IMG/VR virus record: IMGVR_UViG_3300036846_001134
Span: 2,379-66,378 of that record
From: a virus
Length of the DNA: 64,000 nt
Reading direction: 5' to 3' (one strand)
Shown: in pieces, positions 34,797 through 44,450 of the stretch
Position numbering within the stretch: position 1 is the stretch's first letter
How the letters are laid out: each line of letters begins with the position of its first letter
Translations under genes and position numbers: made by a program
Notes under the pieces: generated by a model
Databases searched by the model: none
What the model was told of the DNA's origin: nothing
What the model saw: the letters and a program-made list of their open reading frames with translations, nothing else

Positions 34797-35448
34797 GACT
34801 TTCACCTCGCTGGACTGCCGGCTGCTCCGCCGGCTGCTGCCGCGCGGCGCGCGCCGCCGCCTTCTCGGCCTTGCGCTGGGCCTCCTCGGCCCGCTCAACC
34901 TGCCGCTGGGCCTTGCGCTCGGCCTTGCGGTGGGCCTCCTCGGCCCGCTCAACCTTCCGCCTGGCCCGCTCGATCTTCCGCTCGGCCTTCTCCCGAGCCT
35001 CCCGTTCCTTCTCCTCCCTGATCGCCTTCAGCGCCTCGGCCCCTTTGAGCTTCACCGCCTGAATGGCGTCGTCGCCGAGCGGCGCGCCGTCGCTAAAGAT
35101 CAGCGACTTCCAGCGCCGCTCTGGCTTACCGTGCGTTGCCGGGCGCTGGCTCGGCCGGGAATCGTCGGGCACGAGCTCGATCACGAACTCATTGGAGGCG
35201 ACCTGCATAATCGGCCCCATGCCGCTGCCGTTGTCGCGCCCGCCCAGGTGCAGGTCGCCCACCGCGCCCCGGATTTTCCAGATCTGGTCCACGGTGAAGT
35301 AGGGATGCCGGCGGGCGGCATCCACGATGGCCTCGTAGTATTCCTGCTTGCGGGCTTCATCGGTGAGAAATGTCGCCCGGTAGATCGCGTCCCCGGTGAC
35401 CGCACTGGTCATCGCCGGGTCGAGAATGGGACTCTGTCCGTTGCTCAC
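34789..35448 (-). CDS. Hypothetical protein with charged coiled-coil tail
   Basis: FTVDQIW...SQRPATHGKPERRWKS; KAER repeats. Confidence 0.7.
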   Translation of the reverse strand: MSNGQSPILDPAMTSAVTGDAIYRATFLTDEARKQEYYEAIVDAARRHPYFTVDQIWKIRGAVGDLHLGGRDNGSGMGPIMQVASNEFVIELVPDDSRPSQRPATHGKPERRWKSLIFSDGAPLGDDAIQAVKLKGAEALKAIREEKEREAREKAERKIERARRKVERAEEAHRKAERKAQRQVERAEEAQRKAEKAAARAARQQPAEQPAVQRGESHV

Positions 35449-35654
35449 GTTACCTCCTCGGCCACAATCCGCGCCTTGGGGATGAGCGCGATCTGCTGCT
35501 CGACCATCCCATAAATATTGACCACCGAGCCGTCCGCCGCCCCCTTCAAAACCTCCCCGGCCCAGCGGCTCATCTCGTCGTAGTTGTTGCCCAGAACCTG
35601 GAGCGGCCGCTCCCGCTTGCTGCCAGGCTCGATCAACTTGGCGCGATATTTCAT
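35445..35654 (-). CDS. Small hypothetical protein
   Basis: GGAG RBS. Confidence 0.6.
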   Translation of the reverse strand: MKYRAKLIEPGSKRERPLQVLGNNYDEMSRWAGEVLKGAADGSVVNIYGMVEQQIALIPKARIVAEEVT

Positions 35655-35744
35655 GTCCTCTCCTCCCGGCGGGTACAGCTCCGTCAGAACCCTCGACACC
35701 GCTTCCCAGTTGCTAGGGTGGTTCAGGTCATACGCCAGCATCCT

Positions 35745-36017
35745 TCACAACTCCATGGCGATCTCGCCGTCCTCGCTAAACTCGTCGCGCGCCGGGATAG
35801 CCAGCCACGCGGGATCAAGAAACTCCATCTCCACCGGCGTGAGCGAGCGCCGCATATGCAGCGCCGCTTTCCTCAACGTCCCCACGGTCGGCGCCTGCCC
35901 CACGCCATCGAGAGCGCGGCCCAGCTGCCGCTTGGCTTCCCGCATCACGCCCTCGCCCCAGCGCCCGGTCATAATCAGCCCTGCCTTTGAGAGCCTTGCA
36001 ATTGAGGCGTGCCACAC
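35745..36017 (-). CDS. Small hypothetical protein
   Basis: WHASIA...L.GVG...HMRR.LT..E; start may lie further upstream. Confidence 0.55.
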   Translation of the reverse strand: MWHASIARLSKAGLIMTGRWGEGVMREAKRQLGRALDGVGQAPTVGTLRKAALHMRRSLTPVEMEFLDPAWLAIPARDEFSEDGEIAMEL

Positions 36018-36154
36018 GGGCCGCCCGCTGTTGACGGTCAGTCATTTATTGACCGTCAAGATAATCGACCAGGGAGGATCGAAGAGACGAAACTCCTGGG
36101 CATCGGCATTAGCCCTAGCCAACGGGTTGGCGAGAGCGTGTATCTGCATCCGGT

Positions 36155-36292
36155 TCATTGAAGGAGAATGGCGAGGGACCAGAAGGACAGGCCCAGCCAC
36201 CCCAGGCTCACGCGCGGCGCGCTCACATTCAGCGCCGCGAGCAGCAGACAGAAAAATCCCAAAAGCATCAGAACCAAACGTAGACTAATCAT
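36155..36292 (-). CDS. Small two-TM peptide (45 aa)
   Basis: MISLRLVLMLLGFFCLLLAALNVSAPRVSLGWLGLSFWSLAILLQ; AAGGAG RBS. Confidence 0.55.
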   Translation of the reverse strand: MISLRLVLMLLGFFCLLLAALNVSAPRVSLGWLGLSFWSLAILLQ

Positions 36293-36648
36293 GCGACTCT
36301 CTCCTTAAACTTTTGAATGGTCTTGCCGAAGCGCCCGAGGCACAGCGAGCAGACGCCGGGCGGCATGTCCCTCACCAGGAAGCGCTGGCGCTTCATGGGC
36401 GTCCTGACCGGGCGGATGCCGCAGTAGGCCAGCTCGTGGTCGCCCAGCAGCGCAATGTGGCGCACGTGCTTTTTGTCCTGCGCCACTTCGATCTTGAGCG
36501 TGTCCAGATCGCTGATCAGGTCGCCTTCATGCGCCAGCGTCTCTTCCATGTAGACCTGGTTGCAGCAGTTGACGCACAGGGTCACGAGCGAACGCTCGGG
36601 CAGCACGTCGCTGCAACGCGGACACCGCAGATAGCTGTCCGGGGACAT
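36289..36648 (-). CDS. Zinc-finger protein
   Basis: CPRC..CVNC, H...YCG...CSLC. Confidence 0.65.
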   Translation of the reverse strand: MSPDSYLRCPRCSDVLPERSLVTLCVNCCNQVYMEETLAHEGDLISDLDTLKIEVAQDKKHVRHIALLGDHELAYCGIRPVRTPMKRQRFLVRDMPPGVCSLCLGRFGKTIQKFKERVA

Positions 36649-36681
36649 ATCATTATTCCTTCAGTTACAAATCAATGAATA

Positions 36682-36963
36682 TTATTTCTGGCGCCGGCCG
36701 GACAGGATCGCCGGACGCACCAGGGCCAGGCCGTCCAGGTGCTTCTGGAACAGGCCGTCAGAGTCCAGGCCGAGCACCCAGTCGAGCGCGTCGAGCACGC
36801 CGCTCTCGTAAGTCAGCGACGGCATGATGGTGCGCCCGCTGGTGGCCACGTTGCCCTTCAAAAACTGGACCGCCGCCCGCACGTCGAAGCGCGCCTTGAT
36901 GAGGCGCGCCGGGTCGGCGCCGCAGAACGCGCAACGATCCAGCTCCACCTCACACGGCAACAC
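36682..36963 (-). CDS. Hypothetical protein
   Basis: TYESGVLDALDWVLG motif. Confidence 0.6.
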   Translation of the reverse strand: MLPCEVELDRCAFCGADPARLIKARFDVRAAVQFLKGNVATSGRTIMPSLTYESGVLDALDWVLGLDSDGLFQKHLDGLALVRPAILSGRRQK

Positions 36964-37285
36964 TGAGCATCATTGGATCGATCCCGCTTTCAATCAGGTA
37001 ATCGACCAATGCCTCTTGAGAGATCAGCATGCTTTTCTGCGAATCGCCGCGCGGCGGCTCGATCACCCCGCTGCGCCCCCGGAAGCGCCGCACCACCGTG
37101 GTCGGATGGACGCGCAGGCGCTTGGCCACCTCGCTGACCTTCCAATAGTAGGGGAGATCCTCGATGGCGCTGATGGGGACCTTGGGCTTGGGCTTGACCT
37201 TGGGCTTCGCCCCGTTAGCAGAGCTGGCCGTGCCGGGCCGTTTCTTGGACACACGTAGAGCCGGGCGCTTGATTTTAGTCGCCAT
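36950..37285 (-). CDS. Excisionase-like HTH protein
   Basis: YWKVSEVAKRLRVHPTTVVRRF; heads the integrase-oriented operon. Confidence 0.65.
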   Translation of the reverse strand: MATKIKRPALRVSKKRPGTASSANGAKPKVKPKPKVPISAIEDLPYYWKVSEVAKRLRVHPTTVVRRFRGRSGVIEPPRGDSQKSMLISQEALVDYLIESGIDPMMLSVAV

Positions 37286-37658
37286 TAGTAACTCCCTTAC
37301 TTCCGGTAGTTACCCTTGACCGCGCTCAGAATCCGCTGCCGCTCCTCTGACTGAGTGGCATATACTTCGGGCGTGTGGGAGGGTCTTATGTTGGTACAGA
37401 AAGAATTCTATATACGAAAGATACGAAGCGCAAGAAAAATCTGCATTACTTAGATTGCAAGCGATAGAGGCTGTGGTCGATTCAGAACAGTGCGTGCAAT
37501 TTATTGCAGGATCTATTGATTTTGTAAAAATCCGAACTGGGTAAAAGGGGCCATAGCCGAAAGATAGTCCGATAAAAACGCGGGGCCGCGCGCACCGCGC
37601 GAGGCTCCCCCACGCGCCCGGCGGCGCGTGAGAGAATTTGAAACGACAGGTGGAAGCA

Positions 37659-40217
37659 ATGATTGACCGCGCCCTCCCCAACGACATCGGGCTGCCGCCA
37701 AGCGGCCTCATGGCGCTCGACTCGCCCCAGGATGAAGGCTATGCCGTCGAGATGGACGACGGCGGGGTTGAGATCCGCTATGGCACCAAGCACGCCGCCC
37801 CCATCGACACGCCCTTCGACGCCAACCTGGCCGACTACCTGGACTACCAGACCTTGCAGAAGCTGGCGAGCGACCTGCGCCAGGCGGTCGAGGAAGACCT
37901 CAACTCGCGCAAGGAATGGGAAAGCGCGCTGGTCGCCGGCTTGGATTTGCTGGGCATCCGCACCGAGGAACGGACCATACCCTGGCCGGGCGCGTGCGGC
38001 GTCGTCCACCCGATGATCCTGGAAGCCGCCGTCCGCTTCCAGAGTAAGTCGATTACCAGACTATTTCCCCCCGAGGGGCCGGCCAACGTGAAAGTTGTGG
38101 GCGAGGCCACCCACGCCAAACTCCAGCAGGCCGGGCGGGTCAAAGACGACCTGAATCACTGGCTCAATGAAAAAATGCCGGAGTATCGGGATGAGACCGA
38201 GCAGCTGTTGTTCGCCCTCCCGGTGGACGGGAGCGCGTTCCGCAAGACCTACTTCGACCCGCTGTTGAAGCGGCCGGTGGCGCAGTTCGTGCCGGCGAGC
38301 GACTTCGTGATGCCCTACGGGTTCCCCTCGCTAGAGACCTGCCCGCGCTACTGCCACCTGATGCGCCAGGCCTACGGCGACGTGATGAAGTTACAGGGGC
38401 GTGGCTTCTACCGCAGTGACGTGCGGATCAGCGAGGCCCCCATCGAACTCAGCCGCTCCGACGAGAAGGTGGCGCGGTTGGGCGGCGTGCAGCCCAGTTA
38501 CTCGCGCAACGAGCTGTTGACGTTGCGCGAGATCCACGCCGACCTGCACTTTAGCGAGCTCGACGACGGCGACGAGAGCGCGCCCTATATCGTGACCATC
38601 GAGCAGTCGAGCAACGAGGTGCTCGCGGTGCGCCGCAACTGGCGCGAGGGCGACCCCGACAAGAAGAAGATCGCCTACTACACCCACTATCGCTACGTGC
38701 CCTGGAAGGGGGCGTATGGGTTGGGGCTGATCCACCTGATCGGCGGCATCGGCAAGGGGACCACCAGCATCCTGCGCCAGCTGGTGGACGCCGGCACCCT
38801 GGCTAACTTGCCGGGGGGCTTGAAGACGCGCGGCATGCGGATCAAGGGCGACAACGACCCCATCATGCCGGGGGAGTGGCGGGATGTCGATATCTCGACC
38901 AGCAAGATCGCCGACAGCGTGTTTCCGCTGCCTTACAAGGAACCAAGCGCGGTCCTGTTCCAGCTGCTACAGCTGCTAGTAAGCGAGGGTAAGTCGTTCG
39001 CCTCGATTGCCGACCTGGACATCAACGCGAGTAGCCAGAACGCGCCGGTCGGCACCATGCTGGCTTTGATTGAGCGGGCGACGGAAGTCATCACCGCCGT
39101 GCAGGCGCGGCTGCACCAGGCGCTCGGCCACGAGCTGAGTATCCTGGGGGAGATCGTTCGGGACCACACGCCGGAAGAGTACGACTACGATCCGGTCAAC
39201 GCGCCGCGCACCGCCAAGAGTGACGACTATGATCAGCAGCTCTCCATCGTGCCCATCAGCGACCCGGCGAGCGCCACCATGGCGCAGCGCGTGATGGAAT
39301 ACCAGGCGGCGCTGCAACTGAGCGCCACCGCGCCCCAGCTCTATAACCTGCCGCTCCTGCACCGCAGCATGCTGGAGGTTCTGGGCATCGACAACGCCGA
39401 CCAGATTGTGCCCGACAAGGGCGACATCGACCCGGCCGACCCGGTGACCGAGAACATGAACATCCTGTGCGCCAAGCCGGTCAAGGTCTTTGAGTGGCAG
39501 GACCACGACGCGCATTTGCAATGCCACCAGACCTTCCTGCAAGATCCCAAGATCCAGCAGGGCCTGGGACAGACGCCGCTGGCGGCGAGCATTATGTCGA
39601 GCGCCCAGGCGCACATCGCCGAGCACCTGGCCTACCAGTACCGCAAGAACATCGAGGCCCAGATCGGCGTGCCCCTGCCCGCCACCGGCACCAAGCTGCC
39701 GCCCGAGATCGAGGACCAGATGGCGGGCCTGGAGGCGCAGGCCGCGCAGAAGCTCTTGCAGCAAAGCCAGGCGCAGGCCCAGCAGGCGCAGAACCAGCAG
39801 CAGCAGCAGGACCCCATGGTCCAGCTTCAGCAGCAGGAGCTTCAGATCAAGCAACAGGCCAACCAGCAGAGGGCGCAGAACGACGCCCAGAAGCTGCAAC
39901 TGGATCAGGCCAAGCTCACCCAGAAGGCACAGAGCGACCAGGCCAAACTGGAGAGCGAGGACCGCCGCGCCGCCGCCAAGATCCAGGGCGATCAGACGCG
40001 CACTTTAATTACCGCCGGGGCCAACCGGGCGGCGACCGAGAGCGGCGAGCGCCAGGCCGGCCTCGCGCACATCCTCGGCCACGCCAAGCTGGCGAGCGGC
40101 GAACGTCAATCCGCGCTCGAACATCTGGTTAATATGCAGGAGAGCCAGACGGATCGGGACGCACAACTGCCCATGGCGCCCGAGGCGGCGCCACCGGGCG
40201 AGGGTCTGCCACAATGA
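37659..40217 (+). CDS. Portal protein (P22-like podoviral)
   Basis: PWPGACGVVHP, GSAFRKTYFD, RQLVDAGTLANLPGG, PLPYKEPS; Q-rich barrel C-terminus. Confidence 0.9.
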   Translation: MIDRALPNDIGLPPSGLMALDSPQDEGYAVEMDDGGVEIRYGTKHAAPIDTPFDANLADYLDYQTLQKLASDLRQAVEEDLNSRKEWESALVAGLDLLGIRTEERTIPWPGACGVVHPMILEAAVRFQSKSITRLFPPEGPANVKVVGEATHAKLQQAGRVKDDLNHWLNEKMPEYRDETEQLLFALPVDGSAFRKTYFDPLLKRPVAQFVPASDFVMPYGFPSLETCPRYCHLMRQAYGDVMKLQGRGFYRSDVRISEAPIELSRSDEKVARLGGVQPSYSRNELLTLREIHADLHFSELDDGDESAPYIVTIEQSSNEVLAVRRNWREGDPDKKKIAYYTHYRYVPWKGAYGLGLIHLIGGIGKGTTSILRQLVDAGTLANLPGGLKTRGMRIKGDNDPIMPGEWRDVDISTSKIADSVFPLPYKEPSAVLFQLLQLLVSEGKSFASIADLDINASSQNAPVGTMLALIERATEVITAVQARLHQALGHELSILGEIVRDHTPEEYDYDPVNAPRTAKSDDYDQQLSIVPISDPASATMAQRVMEYQAALQLSATAPQLYNLPLLHRSMLEVLGIDNADQIVPDKGDIDPADPVTENMNILCAKPVKVFEWQDHDAHLQCHQTFLQDPKIQQGLGQTPLAASIMSSAQAHIAEHLAYQYRKNIEAQIGVPLPATGTKLPPEIEDQMAGLEAQAAQKLLQQSQAQAQQAQNQQQQQDPMVQLQQQELQIKQQANQQRAQNDAQKLQLDQAKLTQKAQSDQAKLESEDRRAAAKIQGDQTRTLITAGANRAATESGERQAGLAHILGHAKLASGERQSALEHLVNMQESQTDRDAQLPMAPEAAPPGEGLPQ

Positions 40218-40381
40218 AAAAAGTGAAGTTGCTGAAAGGATTCACGCACGACGGCCGGGTCTACCAGATCGACGGGGAGTTCGAGGGATGGCCCTACGAG
40301 ATCGATACGTTGGCGCGGCAGGGCTACTGCAAACAGCCAGACGAGGAAACGGCGGACGAGAATGAAAGCCAAGCTGCTTAA
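40214..40381 (+). CDS. Small protein, paralog of the next gene's N-terminus
   Basis: MKKVKLLKGFTHDGRVYQIDGEFEG...LARQGYC. Confidence 0.65.
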   Translation: MKKVKLLKGFTHDGRVYQIDGEFEGWPYEIDTLARQGYCKQPDEETADENESQAA

Positions 40382-40688
40382 AGCGTTCGCCCACGACGGC
40401 CAGGTCTACCAGGTGGGCGACGAGTACGAGGGGACGCCGCTAGAGATCGAGATCCTGACGCGGCAGGGCTACTGCGCGACGCCGGCCCCGGCACCCGAGC
40501 CCAAGCCTGATCCCGAGCCGGAACCCGAGTCCAAGGCCAAGCCAGAACCCAAATTCAAGCCGCCGGAAACCCACGCCGATCCCGCCAAGGCCGCGAGCAC
40601 TCACGCGCCGAAGCATCGGCCCCCGGCCATGGAGCCCAACCCGCACCGGGTGCCGCCGCCCAAGGCGGGGACATCGCGCCGCCGGTAA
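40362..40688 (+). CDS. Small protein with Pro/Glu/Lys tail
   Basis: MKAKLLKAFAHDGQVYQVGDEYEG...LTRQGYC. Confidence 0.65.
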   Translation: MKAKLLKAFAHDGQVYQVGDEYEGTPLEIEILTRQGYCATPAPAPEPKPDPEPEPESKAKPEPKFKPPETHADPAKAASTHAPKHRPPAMEPNPHRVPPPKAGTSRRR

Positions 40689-40692
40689 ACAT

Positions 40693-40776
40693 AAAAGGCC
40701 GGACGCTCTATCCACCGCAAGCTCCTGATCTCCCCCGAGATTTTAGAACCGCAGCTTCAGGAGGCGTCCGGCCTCT
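40693..40776 (-). terminator. Structured terminator-like element between convergent operons
   Basis: GGCCGGACGC/GCGTCCGGCC 10-bp stem enclosing nested stems; TTTT follows on the minus strand. Confidence 0.5.
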
Positions 40777-40802
40777 TACTCCGAAAGCATACCCGGTGAC
40801 TA

Positions 40803-41714
40803 TTATGCTCCAGGCGAGCCGTAAATGCCAAGCGGATCGCTGGCCCCGAACGAGTACCGTTCCCTTGCCTTATATCTCACGTTGCCGGTATCGAAGTCGC
40901 CGTCGTTGTCGGTCTTCAACGCCACGCGGACAAAATGCTTCAGCCCGTTGGGGATGTCGGTGATGATGAAGAAGGCATCGGGATCGGTCAGGTAGTGATT
41001 CACGAAGTACCCGTCGGGGATGGTCCCGTTGGTGTAGATCGCGTTCACGTCGTTGTCGCTGGTGCCGGGCCGGTACTGCGAACGCAAGGTACGCGTCGCC
41101 GTAAAGACCAGGCCGGCCGGGATGATCAGCTTCCTCGGCTTGGCCGCGACCAGCAGGCCCCGGTCGTCCACCCACTGCGAGATGGTCGTCGCCGCATTCT
41201 CTAGCGAGGTCTCGTTGAGATCGGCCGGCGTGGCCGGGGTATTGGCGTTCTGCACGCCGCCCATCACCAGCGGATGGTTGAGCGAGCAAAGCGAGACACC
41301 GTCCCCCATCGGGTAGAGCGGATCGAAGGCCCGGTTGAGCACCGCCGCGCCCTTGGTTTGTTTCGTGTGCGCCATGCTCCTGGCGAGCGCCTTGGTATAG
41401 CGCGCGCTCAAGCTGTCGTAGAGGTTATCCTCGACCGCTTCCTCGGTGATGCTGAAGCCCACCGCAATGGTCTCGTGGGTGTACCGCGCGACGTAGCTCT
41501 CCTGCGCGTCGTCGTAGTGGAGGGCTTCGCCTTCCGGCTTGACCGGCGCGGGGCCGAAGCCGGTGATTTTCACTTCTTCCTCGAAGGAACGTTCGGAATT
41601 TTCAACCGCGAAAATTTCCTTGTGCTCCTCGGGGTAGCGTTTGTATTCGAGCCCGAACAGAGCGTTCAGTCCGGGCATTAATTCTTTGAGAAGTTGTGCT
41701 CTTGAAATCGCCAT
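40803..41714 (-). CDS. Major capsid protein
   Basis: MAISRAQLLKELMPGLNALFGLEY, GFSITEEAVEDNLY, DFDTGNVRYKARERYSFG. Confidence 0.93.
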   Translation of the reverse strand: MAISRAQLLKELMPGLNALFGLEYKRYPEEHKEIFAVENSERSFEEEVKITGFGPAPVKPEGEALHYDDAQESYVARYTHETIAVGFSITEEAVEDNLYDSLSARYTKALARSMAHTKQTKGAAVLNRAFDPLYPMGDGVSLCSLNHPLVMGGVQNANTPATPADLNETSLENAATTISQWVDDRGLLVAAKPRKLIIPAGLVFTATRTLRSQYRPGTSDNDVNAIYTNGTIPDGYFVNHYLTDPDAFFIITDIPNGLKHFVRVALKTDNDGDFDTGNVRYKARERYSFGASDPLGIYGSPGA

Positions 41715-41726
41715 GACTGAATCTCC

Positions 41727-42323
41727 TTAGAAGCCCGCCTGCGCGTTCCAGCGGTGGACGCCCTGGTTCCAGATGACAAGTAAATCGGTAAAAGGATCGC
41801 CCACCTGACTGCCGGGCTGATCCGCGAAACCGATAATTTTGACGGCCAAAGTGGCCGTCAACGCCACGCCCGCATCCGCGCTCACCAGGCTGTTGCCGGT
41901 GGACGCGTTGCCCGTGCCGACGCCGAGCAGGTCGGTATTGGCGCCGAGCGCGGTGGCCGCGACCGTCCCATTGGCCTGAACCATGAAAACGCAGATGGGG
42001 CTGTCGATGATCTTGAACTTGACCTTGGTGGCCCCGTTCGAGATCCCGTTCGCCGCAAAGGACTGCGCGTTAACGAACCCGCGAATCGGGTCCTGATATT
42101 CGCAGCCCAGAAAGACGCCCACCGGCGAGTTCGCGTTCACGGTCGTGATCGGACTCGCGGTAAGCACCGTCGGTTGCCCGTTAACCAAGGCGACCGGATC
42201 ACCGTAGAAAAAGCCCTTGGCCGAGTTGAGAGTCATCGGGAAGGAACGGATCGCCCCAGCAAAGGGCAGGCCTCCCAGTAACTGCACCGGCCTCAAGCCG
42301 TAGGGACTGGCGGTTTGCGCCAT
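41727..42323 (-). CDS. Capsid decoration/minor capsid protein
   Basis: PYGLRPV...FYGDPV...GVFLGCEY; immediately upstream of MCP. Confidence 0.7.
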   Translation of the reverse strand: MAQTASPYGLRPVQLLGGLPFAGAIRSFPMTLNSAKGFFYGDPVALVNGQPTVLTASPITTVNANSPVGVFLGCEYQDPIRGFVNAQSFAANGISNGATKVKFKIIDSPICVFMVQANGTVAATALGANTDLLGVGTGNASTGNSLVSADAGVALTATLAVKIIGFADQPGSQVGDPFTDLLVIWNQGVHRWNAQAGF

Positions 42324-42443
42324 GAATTTCCTCCCCCATGCTTAAAGACAAGTTGATGGAACGCGGTATCTCGCATCCTGTGCAGTCCGCGCGGCGAACT
42401 CGCTCGGGTTTTAGTCGCCCGGTAGCTTCAGCGAAGGGTGCAG

Positions 42444-42944
42444 TTACGGCTTCGCGAGAGAGGGCAGTTGCGCGCTTGCGCCGGGATCGCGGCGTGCGTC
42501 CGGGCCAAAGCGGGTGGTCGAGCTCGCCTTCCTGTACATCGTCCTGAGCCGGGGATCTTCCTCGGCCATCAGTTGCGAGTTTACCGCCTGCATCTGATCC
42601 TGGTTCTGATTGCGGTAATACTCGTTGCGCGCCCGAACGTTTTCGTCGGGCGTAACACATAGTAACAGTCCCCCGACCTCAATGGAATCGGGGAAGCGGC
42701 TGTCGCGGTCGGTCATGATTTGCAGCTCGGGATATTCGGCGAACTTCACCGGGACCCATCCCTCCCTGAGACGGCGCGATACGTTGGTCGCGTCGGGTTG
42801 ACCGCCAGCCGAAGTGCGAATCCAGCGGAATCTCTTCCCTGGCCGTTGGTGCGGATCAGGCAGTGAATTGGACGGCGCCCATGCCGCCACTCGCGCCTCC
42901 GAAGCGCGGGTAGTTTCCTCACGCGGTGTACGATTGTCAGCCAT
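42444..42944 (-). CDS. Conserved head-module protein
   Basis: FRWIR...NVSRRLREGWVPV...GGLLLC. Confidence 0.75.
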   Translation of the reverse strand: MADNRTPREETTRASEARVAAWAPSNSLPDPHQRPGKRFRWIRTSAGGQPDATNVSRRLREGWVPVKFAEYPELQIMTDRDSRFPDSIEVGGLLLCVTPDENVRARNEYYRNQNQDQMQAVNSQLMAEEDPRLRTMYRKASSTTRFGPDARRDPGASAQLPSLAKP

Positions 42945-42945
42945 G

Positions 42946-43896
42946 TTACGAGGCCTCGCTTTCTATTGCAACCTGGTTGGCGTACTGCTCGGGCGTGAGA
43001 CCCAGGCGGCGCGCCAGCCGCACCTGCGACTCTGATAACCGGATCACGCGGGTGCGGCTGGTGGACGTAGCTCCGGTATTGCTACGCGTACCGCCCGCCA
43101 CTGCCAGCGGGCGGGAGCCTGAAGGTTCCTTTTCCTCGGCGTGCTCCTCGGCGTGAGGGGCGTTCCCGTTGGTGCCGTTGCGCTCGGGGAAGACCGCCTG
43201 GAGGCGCTCGTCGATGGTGCGCCAGTAAACCTCGGGATTACTGATCGGGCCGATGCCCCGCGCCACCAGGTTATTATGCACCCCCATGGCGAAGGCGGAG
43301 CGCTCCTCCTCGCCCGGTTTGTTGTACCAGGTGTTCTTGGCGAACCATTTTTTGGTGTGCTCGTCGGCCTCGGGTTGGGGCGCGGGCGGCTTCTCGCCAG
43401 CCGGCGGCTCGGCGGCCGGCGGCTCCTTGAGCATGGAGAGGCGGTCCTTCTCGGCCACGGCGCGCGAGAGCTCCTCGTGCGAGCTCACGATGTCGTCGGC
43501 CACGCCGCTCTCGTGCGCCGCCTTGGCCTTGGCCTTGGCCTGCGCAATCTCGGCGTCGGCGCGAGAGATCGCCTGGTGGACCACGGCCTGCTCGCCCGCG
43601 CGCACATTTTTGCGCAGCTCGGCGTTCTCCCGGAACATGCGCTGCGCGTAGTCGCTCGTGACTTGCAGGTCGCGTTCCTTCTGCTCGCGCTGGCGTTTTT
43701 CCTCATGGAAGGCGAAGCGCAGCTTCTTGATGCGGTCCTGCACGCCCTTGCCGTAGCCCGCGATCTCGTCGTCCTTCACGTCCAGATTGCTGGTGTCGCC
43801 ACTACGCAAGCGCGGCTTCTGCTCCTCCGGCTCGGGATCGATCTGAACCTCGATCTCCTCCGGCTCCTCCACCATGGTGTCTTTTTCTTCTGCCAT
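42946..43896 (-). CDS. Scaffolding protein
   Basis: Acidic coiled coil; C-terminal RLSESQVRLARRLGLTPEQYA. Confidence 0.8.
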   Translation of the reverse strand: MAEEKDTMVEEPEEIEVQIDPEPEEQKPRLRSGDTSNLDVKDDEIAGYGKGVQDRIKKLRFAFHEEKRQREQKERDLQVTSDYAQRMFRENAELRKNVRAGEQAVVHQAISRADAEIAQAKAKAKAAHESGVADDIVSSHEELSRAVAEKDRLSMLKEPPAAEPPAGEKPPAPQPEADEHTKKWFAKNTWYNKPGEEERSAFAMGVHNNLVARGIGPISNPEVYWRTIDERLQAVFPERNGTNGNAPHAEEHAEEKEPSGSRPLAVAGGTRSNTGATSTSRTRVIRLSESQVRLARRLGLTPEQYANQVAIESEAS

Positions 43897-43905
43897 AAGA
43901 TCCCC

Positions 43906-44259
43906 TTACAAACTGCGCGAGACGCGGTCGGGCTGGCCTACCACCGCCTCCACCGTGTCGTCGTTGATTAAGCGGTATTCCTCGCCATCGATCTTGAACG
44001 AGGTTCCCGAGTAGGAACGCATCATGATGTGGTCACCCGTCTGGCACCAGGCCCCATCGGGAAACTTCTCCGCGTCCAGGTAGGCCATCGAGCCGCAGGC
44101 CACGACCTCGCCCAGCTGCGATGCAATCTCTTCGGCCTTGCGTGTCGCCTCGGGCAGAATTACCCCACCCTTGGTCTTCTCGCTGGCCACCAGCAGTCGC
44201 ACCAGCAGCCGGTAGCCGACCGGCCGCACGGCGGAAAGAACATCGGTTGCTGTCGTCAT
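43906..44259 (-). CDS. groES: Phage GroES-like co-chaperonin
   Basis: RPVGYRLLV...KTKGGVILP...GEVVACG...DGEEYRLINDD. Confidence 0.88.
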   Translation of the reverse strand: MTTATDVLSAVRPVGYRLLVRLLVASEKTKGGVILPEATRKAEEIASQLGEVVACGSMAYLDAEKFPDGAWCQTGDHIMMRSYSGTSFKIDGEEYRLINDDTVEAVVGQPDRVSRSL

Positions 44260-44450
44260 TCCTGATCCCCATCCTGGCCGAGGCGCTTGCGGGCCTCGAC
44301 GATCAGATCCATTGCAAAACGTATACCACGAATTTCGCCGACCTTCTCGCGATAGGTGCTGTAGTCCTCGGCGGTGCCGCGCGATATGCCGTCTTGTAAG
44401 ACCATCAAATGCTCCTCTAACCCCCGGCTCAAGATATAGTCGAGGTTCAT
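44256..44450 (-). CDS. Conserved small head-module protein
   Basis: YREKVGEIRG motif. Confidence 0.7.
   Translation of the reverse strand: MNLDYILSRGLEEHLMVLQDGISRGTAEDYSTYREKVGEIRGIRFAMDLIVEARKRLGQDGDQE

Noticed and set aside
37310-37560. Low-GC ORF between the xis-like gene and the portal
   Set aside because: An open frame exists on + but has no convincing start or RBS; more likely a divergent promoter region
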